In this document: piece by piece, positions 8,902-17,485 of the stretch | How positions within the stretch are numbered: position 1 is the first letter of the stretch | How the letters are laid out: the number at the start of each line of letters is the position of its first letter | Source: Candidatus Eiseniibacteriota bacterium | Lineage (GTDB): Bacteria > Eisenbacteria > RBG-16-71-46 > DASYSL01 | NCBI GenBank assembly: GCA_031431875.1 | Contig: JANPEF010000076.1 | Coordinates: 1 to 33,977, forward strand | Length of the DNA stretch: 33,977 nt | Direction: 5' to 3' | Position numbers and translations under genes: made by a program | Notes under the pieces: model-generated | What the model saw: only the letters and a program-made list of their open reading frames with translations | What the model was told of the DNA's origin: nothing | Database searches by the model: none

Positions 8902-9822
8902 CTACCGCGACGTGCCGCCCAGCTTCCAGATCTCCACCAGGTGCAGCGACTGCATCGGCACGCCGACATGGCCGCGCTTCGTGTCGACCGCGATGTCTGC
9001 CGGCTGGCCCTGGAGCCGGAGCGGGACGCGATCGGCGCCGCCCGCGATCACGTGCAGGCTCGAGTCGGCCTGGCTGGCGACGAGGATGCGCCCGTCGGCG
9101 AGGATCTCGATCCCGTCGAACTGGCCGCCCGCGGCCGGGCCGATGGAGTCGACGTTCGTCGTCCCCGGCGTCCACGCGACGACACACGGGCCCGGTCCCC
9201 ACGAGGCGAGGAGGAAGCGTCCGCCGGCGGCGTCCCACGTGATGCCGTTGGGCTGGCACAGCGCGGCCGACTCGATCGCGATCGTCGCGCGCCCGCCGGC
9301 CAGGCGGAAGATGCACGACGACACGGTCTCGGTGACGTAGAGCGCGCCGTCGGGACCCTGCGCGATGTCGTTGAGGAAGCCCGGCTCGTACGCGGAGAGA
9401 TCGACGAACGTGAGCGCCGCGCCCGTGTGGCGATCGAAGCCGTGCACGCCCAGCGCGTCAGCCACCCACAGCGTGTCGCCCGTGATGAACATGCCGCGCG
9501 GCCCGTGCAGGGGTACGGCCGGGCTGCCGCGCATGAACTCGCGCGCGATCACCTCGCCCGCGGGGCCGACCTTGCTCACGAACCCGTTGCTGTCGCCGTC
9601 TTCCAGCTTGTTGATGTTCGAGACGAAGTAGACGTCCTGCTCGGGGTCGTAGCGCACGGCCTCCGGGTCGGCGAGGCCGCCGACGGACGCGATGAGCGTG
9701 GCGGCGGTGTCGGCGGGGGCGTCACCAGCGGAGGCGGCGCGCTTGTCGCCGCCGCTGCAGGAGGCGAGCGTCAGGGCGAGCACGAGAACGGTCGGGACGA
9801 TGGCGAGGGCGGGAGAGTTCAT
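8902..9822 (-). CDS. SMP-30/gluconolactonase-like beta-propeller lipoprotein
   Basis: Lipobox LASC, followed by LADPEAVRYD, YFVSNIN, LHGPRGM, FLNDIA, QPNGI, FDGI and PADI blade motifs. ATG overlaps the antitoxin stop (ATGA). Confidence 0.85.
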   Translation of the reverse strand: MNSPALAIVPTVLVLALTLASCSGGDKRAASAGDAPADTAATLIASVGGLADPEAVRYDPEQDVYFVSNINKLEDGDSNGFVSKVGPAGEVIAREFMRGSPAVPLHGPRGMFITGDTLWVADALGVHGFDRHTGAALTFVDLSAYEPGFLNDIAQGPDGALYVTETVSSCIFRLAGGRATIAIESAALCQPNGITWDAAGGRFLLASWGPGPCVVAWTPGTTNVDSIGPAAGGQFDGIEILADGRILVASQADSSLHVIAGGADRVPLRLQGQPADIAVDTKRGHVGVPMQSLHLVEIWKLGGTSR

Positions 9823-10049
9823 GACGCCTTGCGCTCGAGCCGCTCCGCGATCCATACCTTGATGATCGACTGCCGCGTCACGCCGAGCCGACCTGCCTCG
9901 CGGTCGAGCGCCGTGACCATCCAGGCGGGGAAGTCGACGTTGACACGCCGTGCTTCCCACCCCGGCCGACGTGCTGAGGACAAGTCGAGATCGTCGATGA
10001 TGTCCTCCTTTCCCTCGTCGAACTTGCGGTCAAAGTCTTCCGCTTTCAT
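9819..10049 (-). CDS. CopG/RHH-type antitoxin (BrnA-like) of a BrnT system
   Basis: MKAEDFDRKFDEG...RRVNVDFPAWM..ALDREA.RLGVTRQSIIKVWIAERL, directly downstream of brnT. Confidence 0.9.
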   Translation of the reverse strand: MKAEDFDRKFDEGKEDIIDDLDLSSARRPGWEARRVNVDFPAWMVTALDREAGRLGVTRQSIIKVWIAERLERKAS

Positions 10050-10298
10050 ATCGCCCGACCTCCTTCCACCGCGCTCTTCGCGCGGAGATGATCCGAATAC
10101 GGTGCCCACGCACGGTGAAGACGACGGCCCAGTGACGATCCTCGATCCTGCCGATCATGACCCAGCGAGGCTCGATCCCCGCTCGCGCTTGCATCTCGAG
10201 TCGGTCCTCGTCGTCCCACATCGCCTGCGCATGTCGAAGTCGATCCCGTGCTTTGCCTTGTTTGCGACACTCTTCAACGCGTCGAACTCGAACTCCAA
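10030..10298 (-). pseudogene. brnT: BrnT-family toxin, frameshifted
   Basis: TTG start at 10298 after GGAG gives LEFEFDALKSVANKAKHGIDFD. The frame shifts near 10233 into AQAMWDD...IRIISARRARWKEVGRYESGRL. The span is 269 nt, i.e. one base short. Confidence 0.85.
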
Positions 10299-10320
10299 CG
10301 GCGCGCTCCGCGGGGGCGGA

Positions 10321-10350
10321 TTGGATAGATTCTATACCGTTTTTGTATGC
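10321..10350 (-). promoter_or_regulatory. Putative brnTA promoter/operator
   Basis: AT-rich patch with minus-strand TAGAAT, palindrome ATAGA-T-TCTAT (10325-10335) and ATAC..GTAT arms, just upstream of brnT. Confidence 0.5.
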
Positions 10351-10451
10351 TGGCAAGCAGGGATTTCCGACGAGCCGGGCACGCTCGTTTTCATTAGGTA
10401 ACTGTTTCACAATGGTTTACGAGTCTCTCACCGCCCGTTCGCCCGCATGGC

Positions 10452-10471
10452 GACTTGCGCCGGCGCAAGTC
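10452..10471. repeat. Palindromic repeat, copy A (GACTTGCG-CCGG-CGCAAGTC)
   Basis: Perfect 20-bp palindrome about 10 nt after the GNAT stop. Confidence 0.8.
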
Positions 10472-10480
10472 ATCCGGGGC

Positions 10481-10945
10481 TCACCCCTGGCCCTCGAAGC
10501 GATAATTCATCACGACCTCGCCATCATCGATCTCGCCCGTTGGCACGAACCCGAGCCCCTCGTAGAACGGCCCGGGGGTGCCCTCGCCCGGCACGTACGA
10601 CGTGGACATCTCGCGGAAACCCTTCGAGCGCGCGTGCGCGAGCACGAGCCGGATCACTTCCTTGCCGATGCCGCGGCGCTGATGCGCGGCGTCGATCATC
10701 AGGCGCCACAGCCCGATCTTGGGCTCGGCCGGCGGCTCCGCACGAAGCGTGTCGTCGGCCAGCATGACGAAGCCGACGAGCTCGTCGTCGGCATGGATCG
10801 CGCGATACCACGCGTGCTCGCTGAACAGCGCCTGCGCCAGCGAGATGGAAGTTGCGGCGACGAACTTCTCCTGGCCCTCGGCCAGCGTGAGGCGGCAGAC
10901 GGCGCGGACGGTTTCCGAGTTGATCTCGACCAGGGTGACGTTCAT
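10481..10945 (-). CDS. GNAT N-acetyltransferase (spermidine/diamine acetyltransferase-like)
   Basis: QEKFVA, LVGFVM, LWRLMIDAAHQRRGIG (acetyl-CoA motif A) and FYEGLGF. Confidence 0.9.
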   Translation of the reverse strand: MNVTLVEINSETVRAVCRLTLAEGQEKFVAATSISLAQALFSEHAWYRAIHADDELVGFVMLADDTLRAEPPAEPKIGLWRLMIDAAHQRRGIGKEVIRLVLAHARSKGFREMSTSYVPGEGTPGPFYEGLGFVPTGEIDDGEVVMNYRFEGQG

Positions 10946-11094
10946 GGGGGTGGAGGATAGCGAGGCGGGCGACGAAGCGAAAGGTGGATCGTCGCCAAAC
11001 AGCCCAATGAACTCGCACCGGGGCAGGTCGCGCCGGCAAGGGACCTGCGTCGGCGGAATTTGTAGAGCCCGGGGCCGAACTGGCCTCCGGGGTG

Positions 11095-11180
11095 AGCGAG
11101 CCACTGCCGCCCCGCGAGATCGCGAGATCGAGAATGCCGTCGGCGTCGAGGTCGCTGACGACCACGTAGGTGCCCCCACC
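11095..11180 (-). pseudogene. Single FG-GAP repeat relic
   Basis: Minus-strand translation GGGTYVVVSDLDADGILDLAISRGGSGSL, with no surrounding gene. Confidence 0.6.
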
Positions 11181-11396
11181 CGCCTACACGGTCGGCGCTC
11201 GAATGATTGAGTGCGGCGCTTCGGGGGGAGGGAGCCCGACGATTCCAGGCGGTTGGAACGCGGGCGTCAATCGCGGACTCCCCCGCGCGTACTCGCCCGC
11301 CGTGGACACGACGCGCACGCGGCAGTAGGCTGGTCTCCGCCGCATCATGGCCGACGATCTCCCCCCGGGACCCTCGACCCTTCCCGGTGAGGTAAT

Positions 11397-14264
11397 TTGA
11401 ACCCCACTTCCGTCCCGCTCCGCGAGCAGCTCCAGCAACTCCTCGGCGAACGATTCGAGGTCGGCGCCGAGATCGGCAGCGGCGGCTTCGGCCAGGTGTT
11501 CGAGGTGTTCGACCGGAGCCTCGAAACGACGGTGGCCGCGAAGGTCCTGCGTCCGGGTGTCGTCGGGCAGGGCGAGGCCACGAAGCGCTTCCAGCGCGAG
11601 ATCCGCCTCCTCGCCCAATTGAGCCATCCGAACATCACTCCGATCCTCGATGTCTTCCGCTCCGAGCAACTTATCGCCTACCTGATGCCGCTCGTCACGG
11701 GGCCGACGCTTCGCCAGCGCCTCGACTCCGGAGGCGCGCTGTCGCTGGAGGAGGCGGTTCGCATCCTCGAGGAGATCGGAGGAGCCCTCGACTTCGCGCA
11801 TCGCCAGGACGTCATCCATCGGGACCTGAAGCCCGAGAACATCCTCCTCTCGGACGGGCATGCCGTGCTGGCGGACTTCGGCATCGCCCGCACACTGGTC
11901 GGCGACGATGCGGGCGGGCTGACCGAGACCGGCGTCGTGGTCGGCTCGCCGCGCTACATGAGCCCCGAGCAGGTCTCCGGAGACTTCCGGCTCGATGGGC
12001 GCAGCGACCTGTACGCGCTGGCCGCGATCGGCTACGAGATGATCGCCGGTCGTTCGGCGTTCGCGGCGGATTCGACCGAGAGCTTGCTCCGCCAGAAGTT
12101 GCTCGCGACCCCGACCTCGTTGCAGATCGTGCGCACCTCCGTCCCGCCGACGCTTGATCGGGCCATCCTGCGCGGGCTCCTCGCCAATCCCGCCGATCGC
12201 CAGGCAACGGTGGCGGAGTTCGTGCGCGAGTGCGTCGTGGCGCCCGCCACTGCGGCCACGCCCGTCGTTCGGGCGCAACCGCGGAAGCGCCGCGCCTGGC
12301 TCGCCGTCGCCGGCGTGGTCGCGATCGCCGGAGTGCTGTTCGCCGCCTGGGCACTGCGCCAGCGCAATGCATCGACCGCCGCGCTCCCCGCCGGCCGCCG
12401 CGCATGGTTCGTGATCGCCGACGTCGAGGTGTCGCCGTCCGACGCTACGACGGCGGCAGCCGTGCGCTCGATCCTCGAGTCGAGCTTCGAGCAATCCCAA
12501 GTGCTCGGTGTGCTCACGCGTGACGAGGTCGCCGGAGTCCTCCGCTCCGCGGGAAAGCCGGCGAATACCCCGATCACCTCGGCGCTGGCCCGCGAGATCG
12601 CCGTGCGTGCGAATGCCGAGGGTGTTCTCGAGGCCAGCGTGCGCCGCACCGACGATGGAGGTGTCTTCGCGCTCCGCGCCGTCGACGTGGTGCGGGATTC
12701 CATCGTGCTCTCGATCAGCCGGCCGCTCGACCGGCGAGCGACGATGCTGACAGCCGCCGAACGCTCCGCCACCCGACTTGCGCGGGAACTCGCCCCACAC
12801 GCGCCGGCGATGGCTTCGTGGAAGACCCTGGGCTCGACCGAAGCGACGACCATCGTGACGACGGACCTGCGCGCCTTCGAGCTCTGGAGGCGGGGAATGA
12901 AAGCCAACGCTCGCGCCGATCAGCCGGAGGCGACGAGTCTCATGCGACAGGCCCTGGCCCGGGATTCGACCTTCGGCTGGGCGTGGAGCGGCCTGGGTAT
13001 GGCGTTCATGAACTCGGGGTGCCGCGACTCGGCGATGTTGGCGTTCGAGCGGGCGCTTCGGCATGCGGAGCAGTTCACCACGGAGGCGGCCTGGTCCGTC
13101 GAGGCGAACCTGGCCTCCGTCTCGAACGATCACCAGGCAAGCCTGCGCAACCTGCGGCGGTACGCCGAGAAGTTTCCCGACTCCCCGCAGATCGCGACAA
13201 ATTTAGCGTGGTCGCTGTGGGAGCTCGGACGCAACCGCGAAGCCATCGCGCTCGACCAGCAGGCGCTGCAAGGGACCACGGCGAATCCCGACTTCGTGCG
13301 GCAGAATCTCGCGGCCGCGTGGATCGCCCTGGGCGAGATCGACTCGGCGGAGACCGCCACGCACGCGATCAAGAATGCGCGCATCCGGGAGGTGCTGGTC
13401 CTCGTGCTCGCCGACATCCGGGGCGACGGCAACGACATCGAACTTGCTGCGCAGCGACTTCTCGCATCGCCGGATCAGTTGCCTTCGAATCGCAACTCGG
13501 CCCACGCGTCCATCGCCGCCCGGATGGCAAATCGCGGCCAGGTCGGCGATGCCTGGCACCGCCTCGAGGACGCCGCGGCCGAAGCGGCGCGGCGGAACGA
13601 GGCCTTCCTCATGCACATCTCGTACTGGCGCCAGGCCCTGATGGTCCTCGCCTACAGCACCATGCCCACCCCGATGCCCGCGGTTCCCGCCCGCAACAAC
13701 TCGCTCGATTCGCGGATCTCGGCCGGCATCGAAGCACTCTTGAATCACGAGCCCGATCGCGCCCGGGACATCGCAACGGAACTCGAGCAACGGTACAGCG
13801 CGAAGCCGCTCATGATCGAGAACGCTCCGGCCTTGCTTCGGGCGTGGGCCGCAAGTCTCGAGGGGCGGCCCGACGAGGTCGTCCACCAGGCCCGGATCGT
13901 CCTCGCGGGGACGACCCAGACCAGCAGCTTCCTGCTGCGCAAGCCGGTCGCACGCTGGCTGATCGCACGCGCCTTCGAGGACCTGGGCCAAGCGGACTCG
14001 GCTGCGTTCCACGATCGCGCCGCACTGGTCCGCACCGACCTCGACGCATGGGAGCTGCCGACCGCACGTCTCATCGAGGTGCCCGTGCGGGAGCACCTCA
14101 TCCGCATGGAGTTGCGCAACGGCCGATCGGCCGCCGCACGAAGCGAGCGTGATCTATTGGCCCACCGGGTCGATCGCCCCGATGCCATCGCATCGCGCGG
14201 GCTGGCCGAGGTGGACCTGGTCCTCGGCATGAGTCCGGGCGGGGAGACGGCGGCCGGACGCTAG
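11397..14264 (+). CDS. Membrane-anchored Ser/Thr protein kinase with extracytoplasmic TPR-like region
   Basis: GAGGT + TTG start. GSGGFG, VAAK, HRDLKPEN, DFG and YMSPE motifs. TM helix AWLAVAGVVAIAGVLFAAWAL, then helical TPR-like repeats. Confidence 0.9.
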   Translation: MNPTSVPLREQLQQLLGERFEVGAEIGSGGFGQVFEVFDRSLETTVAAKVLRPGVVGQGEATKRFQREIRLLAQLSHPNITPILDVFRSEQLIAYLMPLVTGPTLRQRLDSGGALSLEEAVRILEEIGGALDFAHRQDVIHRDLKPENILLSDGHAVLADFGIARTLVGDDAGGLTETGVVVGSPRYMSPEQVSGDFRLDGRSDLYALAAIGYEMIAGRSAFAADSTESLLRQKLLATPTSLQIVRTSVPPTLDRAILRGLLANPADRQATVAEFVRECVVAPATAATPVVRAQPRKRRAWLAVAGVVAIAGVLFAAWALRQRNASTAALPAGRRAWFVIADVEVSPSDATTAAAVRSILESSFEQSQVLGVLTRDEVAGVLRSAGKPANTPITSALAREIAVRANAEGVLEASVRRTDDGGVFALRAVDVVRDSIVLSISRPLDRRATMLTAAERSATRLARELAPHAPAMASWKTLGSTEATTIVTTDLRAFELWRRGMKANARADQPEATSLMRQALARDSTFGWAWSGLGMAFMNSGCRDSAMLAFERALRHAEQFTTEAAWSVEANLASVSNDHQASLRNLRRYAEKFPDSPQIATNLAWSLWELGRNREAIALDQQALQGTTANPDFVRQNLAAAWIALGEIDSAETATHAIKNARIREVLVLVLADIRGDGNDIELAAQRLLASPDQLPSNRNSAHASIAARMANRGQVGDAWHRLEDAAAEAARRNEAFLMHISYWRQALMVLAYSTMPTPMPAVPARNNSLDSRISAGIEALLNHEPDRARDIATELEQRYSAKPLMIENAPALLRAWAASLEGRPDEVVHQARIVLAGTTQTSSFLLRKPVARWLIARAFEDLGQADSAAFHDRAALVRTDLDAWELPTARLIEVPVREHLIRMELRNGRSAAARSERDLLAHRVDRPDAIASRGLAEVDLVLGMSPGGETAAGR

Positions 14265-14292
14265 TCACCACGGCACGGTCGACCAGGCTAAG

Positions 14293-14316
14293 TCAACTTG
14301 CGCCGGCGCAAGTTGA
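14293..14316. repeat. Palindromic repeat, copy B (TCAACTTGCG-CCGG-CGCAAGTTGA)
   Basis: Perfect 24-bp palindrome between convergent genes. Confidence 0.85.
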
Positions 14317-14342
14317 TGAGGTTGCCGGAGGGCAGTCGACCC

Positions 14343-14702
14343 CTACTTGCGAGCGCCTCTCCCTGGTGGACAATCGACCCGTGTGACCCCGACTCGACGG
14401 CCCGCCGGCGCCGGTCGCACGACGATTTCGATGCTCTGCCCGAGTCGATTGAGCAGTCGCATGAGCAGCTCTGTCGAGAATCCAGAGCTCCGACCTCGCA
14501 TGAGGAGCGAAACCTTCGGCTGGGAGATGCCCAAGCGCGCCGCCAGATCGACCTGGCGTTTCCCCTCGGCCACGAGGAGGGCACCAATTGCGCGAACGAG
14601 ATCGGACTTCACGAGTTCCTGCTCGGGCTCTGGTACGCCAAGATCGGCAAAGACGTTTCCGGAACCGATCTGAACGCGCGTGCGCTTCGGACGAGTTGTC
14701 AT
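14343..14702 (-). CDS. XRE/HTH_37 antitoxin (HigA-like)
   Basis: GSGNVFADLG...QVDLAARLGISQPKVSLLMRGRSSGFSTELL..LG..IEI. ATGA overlap with the toxin. Confidence 0.9.
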   Translation of the reverse strand: MTTRPKRTRVQIGSGNVFADLGVPEPEQELVKSDLVRAIGALLVAEGKRQVDLAARLGISQPKVSLLMRGRSSGFSTELLMRLLNRLGQSIEIVVRPAPAGRRVGVTRVDCPPGRGARK

Positions 14703-15097
14703 GAGTTCTGGTCTCCCCTGGCCGAGCGCTCCGCATGCCCGCGCGCGGTACGAAGACGGGCGCGGATGACGTCGATGTCGGCTAGCGGCGTCTCAATGCC
14801 CCGCTTCGACTTCTTCTGGAATACGTGGAGCACGTAGACTCGCGCGCCGAGCTTCGCCGCGTAGACCGTTCGGTAGGTCCCGGCTTCGTCGTCGTCGCGA
14901 ATCTCGACCACGCCGGCCAGATCTCCCTTCATCCTCCGCGCCGCCGGGTGAAAGCCGGCGCGACGGATGCCGTCCGGGCCGACACCCGATGTCTGCGCCC
15001 AGTGTAGTGCGCTCCCCATCACGCGACGCACCTCGAGGGGCATTCGGCGCAAGTCGCGCAGCGAAGGTCCGAGCCAGGCGATCTCCCGGTCAATCAC
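14699..15097 (-). CDS. RelE/ParE-superfamily toxin (phage Gp49-like, HigB arrangement)
   Basis: IAWLGPSLRDL, GVVEIR, GTYRTVY and VYVLHVFQKKSKRGIETP motifs. GTG at 15097 is preferred because ATG 15139 lies inside the -10 box; the start is uncertain. Confidence 0.88.
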   Translation of the reverse strand: MIDREIAWLGPSLRDLRRMPLEVRRVMGSALHWAQTSGVGPDGIRRAGFHPAARRMKGDLAGVVEIRDDDEAGTYRTVYAAKLGARVYVLHVFQKKSKRGIETPLADIDVIRARLRTARGHAERSARGDQNS

Positions 15098-15137
15098 GAG
15101 GAACCGACCCGGGGGAAGGTTCCGATCGCGCCCGCTC

Positions 15138-15165
15138 ATTATATCTTATCAGATATATTCGTCAA
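15138..15165 (-). promoter_or_regulatory. Sigma70 promoter with embedded operator for the RelE/XRE TA
   Basis: Minus strand TTGACG-16 nt-TATAAT. The palindrome TATATCT-N4-AGATATA (15140-15157) covers the spacer and part of the -10. Confidence 0.75.
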
Positions 15166-15389
15166 GCTCGAAGAGATCGGCTGCAAGGCTGCGTGAAGAC
15201 GGCGCAAGAAGCCCTCGACCCGGAGGCGGGGAGGATGGTCGTCGGGGGCGACCGACTCCTCGAGATCCTAGCGCCATCGGCGGACACGTCCAACCACGAC
15301 ACCGAAAGCCACTCCTGTCCCATCCGCGTGCCATCCTCTTGCACCACGCCCCGCTGGACTCGTTGGCAATTCTCGAGAGAAGGCCCGCC

Positions 15390-17231
15390 ATGCCTCGGAA
15401 CTCATCCATCAACCCGGACGATGAACTGTTCTGGATCCCCGATGCCGGCTCCGACACACCGAAGGAGCACTTTCGCCACGTCGCAGGAACGCGCTATCCC
15501 ACGGAGCAGGACCTGGGACCGCTGATCCGGCCCGCATCCAACTCGGCTCGCGCGACCTCGATTCCCTACGTCTCCCCGATCGTCCGGCTGCCCGACGGGC
15601 ACCTGGTGGTGCTCTACAAGCGCCTGCTGACCTTCGACTACCGGCTGCGCGATGCGCATGTCGCGGTGTGGGGAGCCAGCGGGGGGGGCAAGACCACGCA
15701 GGTGGGCCAGCCGCTGATCAACGCCGACCTCGAGGATGCCGACCGGCTGGTCATCGTCCTCGGGCTCAAGCGCGAGAACTATGGCTGGATCGAGCTCAAG
15801 TGCAGCGACATGGGCACTCCGCTGCACTACATCGACCTGAACGATCCGGCCCGCTCGCTCGGGTTCAACCCGCTGGCGACGCGGTCCGCGGACGAGGCCT
15901 ACGACATCATCGCCCGGTTCACCTCCGCCACGGTCAATGCCAACTCGCACGACAGTGAGTTCTGGGGCCAGGCCGGGTCCACGCTGCTCATGGCCCTGTG
16001 GGACTGCGGGGCGCGGAGCTTTCCGGCCATGCTGAACGAACTGGAATCGGGGACCACGCCGCTGCTCGCCCGGCTCCGGGGCGGAGAGTCGAGCGCCTGC
16101 CGCGCCGCGGCGTCGTTCCTGGCCGGTGGCAGCCACAACAGCGACACGGTGATGGCGACGATCAGCGGCTGGCTGCATCCCTTTCGCAACCAGGCGGTCG
16201 CGACGACCACGAGCTCGCACGAGCTGGACGGGCTGGGCCTGTTCGAGGCCGGCCGCCAGGTCGTGTACATCCACTGTGACGAGGCGCGCCTGACCACCCT
16301 ACGGCCGATCTACAGCCTGCTGCTGCAGTGGTTTTTCCAGCGCATCATCGAGCACGCGGACGATCTCGCACAGGGTTGCTCGCCGCACCCGACCAGCGTG
16401 CACATCGAGGACCTGCCGGCGTTCGGGAACATCCGGACGTTGCCCGACCAGCTCAACACCCTGCGCTCCCGCCGCTGCACGGTCACCGTGGCAATCCAGT
16501 CGAGCGCCGCCCTGGCGCACGCGTACGGTGCGGCGACGGCGCAACTGGTCGCCTCGGCATTTGCGACCCGCATCGTCCTGCCGGGGATCAACGCGGACGA
16601 TGCCCGCATGTTCTCCGCCTGCACGGGCGATCGCGTCGTCGAGGTCGCCGGGGACGGGGGTCGTCGCGGGCACATCCTGACCATGCCCCTGCTCTCGCCG
16701 GCGGAGATCCGCTCGCCCGAGTGCTCGCACTTCATGTCCGGTCGGCCGGCCACCATCCTCACGCCCGAGCTGGCATTCCTGGCCTACCTGGCGCCGATGT
16801 ACCGGCGTCCCGACCTGACCGCACTGCTGGGGCGCGCGGCGCGAGCGGACTCGAAGGGGCCACCGCGCGCGCGACCGCTGCGGGTGGTTCGCAAGCGGGT
16901 GCGTCGCGTCGTGGACGTGGCGACCGCGTACTTGCCGCCGGTCGACCTGAGCCCGAGCCAGCTCCGCGAGCGGATCGAGCGCGAACGCAAGCGGATCGGC
17001 TGGAAGGAGACCTCCGCGGTGGACAAGGACTGGTGGGAGGGCATGGAGGCCACGAACCAGCACCGGCTCTTGATGGTCGATCGGCTGATCCATGAACTGG
17101 TGAGGCGCGAGGCGACGATCGGGGAGTTCGCGATCGCCTACCGCGAGGCGCGCACCGACAACGTGCAGGTGGCGCTGGCGTATGTGGACTTCCTGCGGGT
17201 GAAGAGGGCGGAGGAGAAGCGAGCCGGTTGA
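15390..17231 (+). CDS. VirD4/TraG-like (type IV coupling protein family) P-loop ATPase, soluble and orphan
   Basis: HVAVWGASGGGKT (Walker A), DPARSLGFNPL, EFW, HIEDLPAFG (Walker B region), LRSRR..VTVAIQS..L...YG, and PLLSPAEIR. No N-terminal TM helices. Confidence 0.8.
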   Translation: MPRNSSINPDDELFWIPDAGSDTPKEHFRHVAGTRYPTEQDLGPLIRPASNSARATSIPYVSPIVRLPDGHLVVLYKRLLTFDYRLRDAHVAVWGASGGGKTTQVGQPLINADLEDADRLVIVLGLKRENYGWIELKCSDMGTPLHYIDLNDPARSLGFNPLATRSADEAYDIIARFTSATVNANSHDSEFWGQAGSTLLMALWDCGARSFPAMLNELESGTTPLLARLRGGESSACRAAASFLAGGSHNSDTVMATISGWLHPFRNQAVATTTSSHELDGLGLFEAGRQVVYIHCDEARLTTLRPIYSLLLQWFFQRIIEHADDLAQGCSPHPTSVHIEDLPAFGNIRTLPDQLNTLRSRRCTVTVAIQSSAALAHAYGAATAQLVASAFATRIVLPGINADDARMFSACTGDRVVEVAGDGGRRGHILTMPLLSPAEIRSPECSHFMSGRPATILTPELAFLAYLAPMYRRPDLTALLGRAARADSKGPPRARPLRVVRKRVRRVVDVATAYLPPVDLSPSQLRERIERERKRIGWKETSAVDKDWWEGMEATNQHRLLMVDRLIHELVRREATIGEFAIAYREARTDNVQVALAYVDFLRVKRAEEKRAG

Positions 17232-17280
17232 GGTCACACCTGCGTTCCGGGAGCGGAGGAAACCTGACGCCGCGTCGCAC

Positions 17281-17302
17281 CAACTTGCGCCGTCGCAAGT
17301 TG
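17281..17302. repeat. Palindromic repeat, copy C (CAACTTGCG-CCGT-CGCAAGTTG)
   Basis: Perfect 9-bp arms with a 4-nt centre, downstream of the VirD4-like gene. Confidence 0.8.
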
Positions 17303-17333
17303 TCAGGCCCGGTGTCGCGAGCGGTCCCGGAGA

Positions 17334-17374
17334 TGAGCGTACGTTCCGTACACACTGTACGAAGCGTACGCTCA
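17334..17374. promoter_or_regulatory. Nested inverted repeat with four phased GTAC boxes (putative operator)
   Basis: Outer arms TGAGCGTACG...CGTACGCTCA, inner CGTACA-cac-TGTACG. GTAC at 17339, 17348, 17357 and 17366. Confidence 0.6.
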
Positions 17375-17485
17375 CTCCCGAAGGAGGTCGGCACACCGAC
17401 GAGGCAATTCCCGGGCTCGTGAGGTACTCTCCTCCCCGTTCCACCCACGCCCAACGTCGCCCCCGCCCGGAGTGCCCACCCAACC

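Noticed and set aside
15390..17231. ICE/conjugative element, based on the VirD4-like gene
   Set aside because: No relaxase, VirB4, mating-pair genes, integrase or att repeats are visible in the window.
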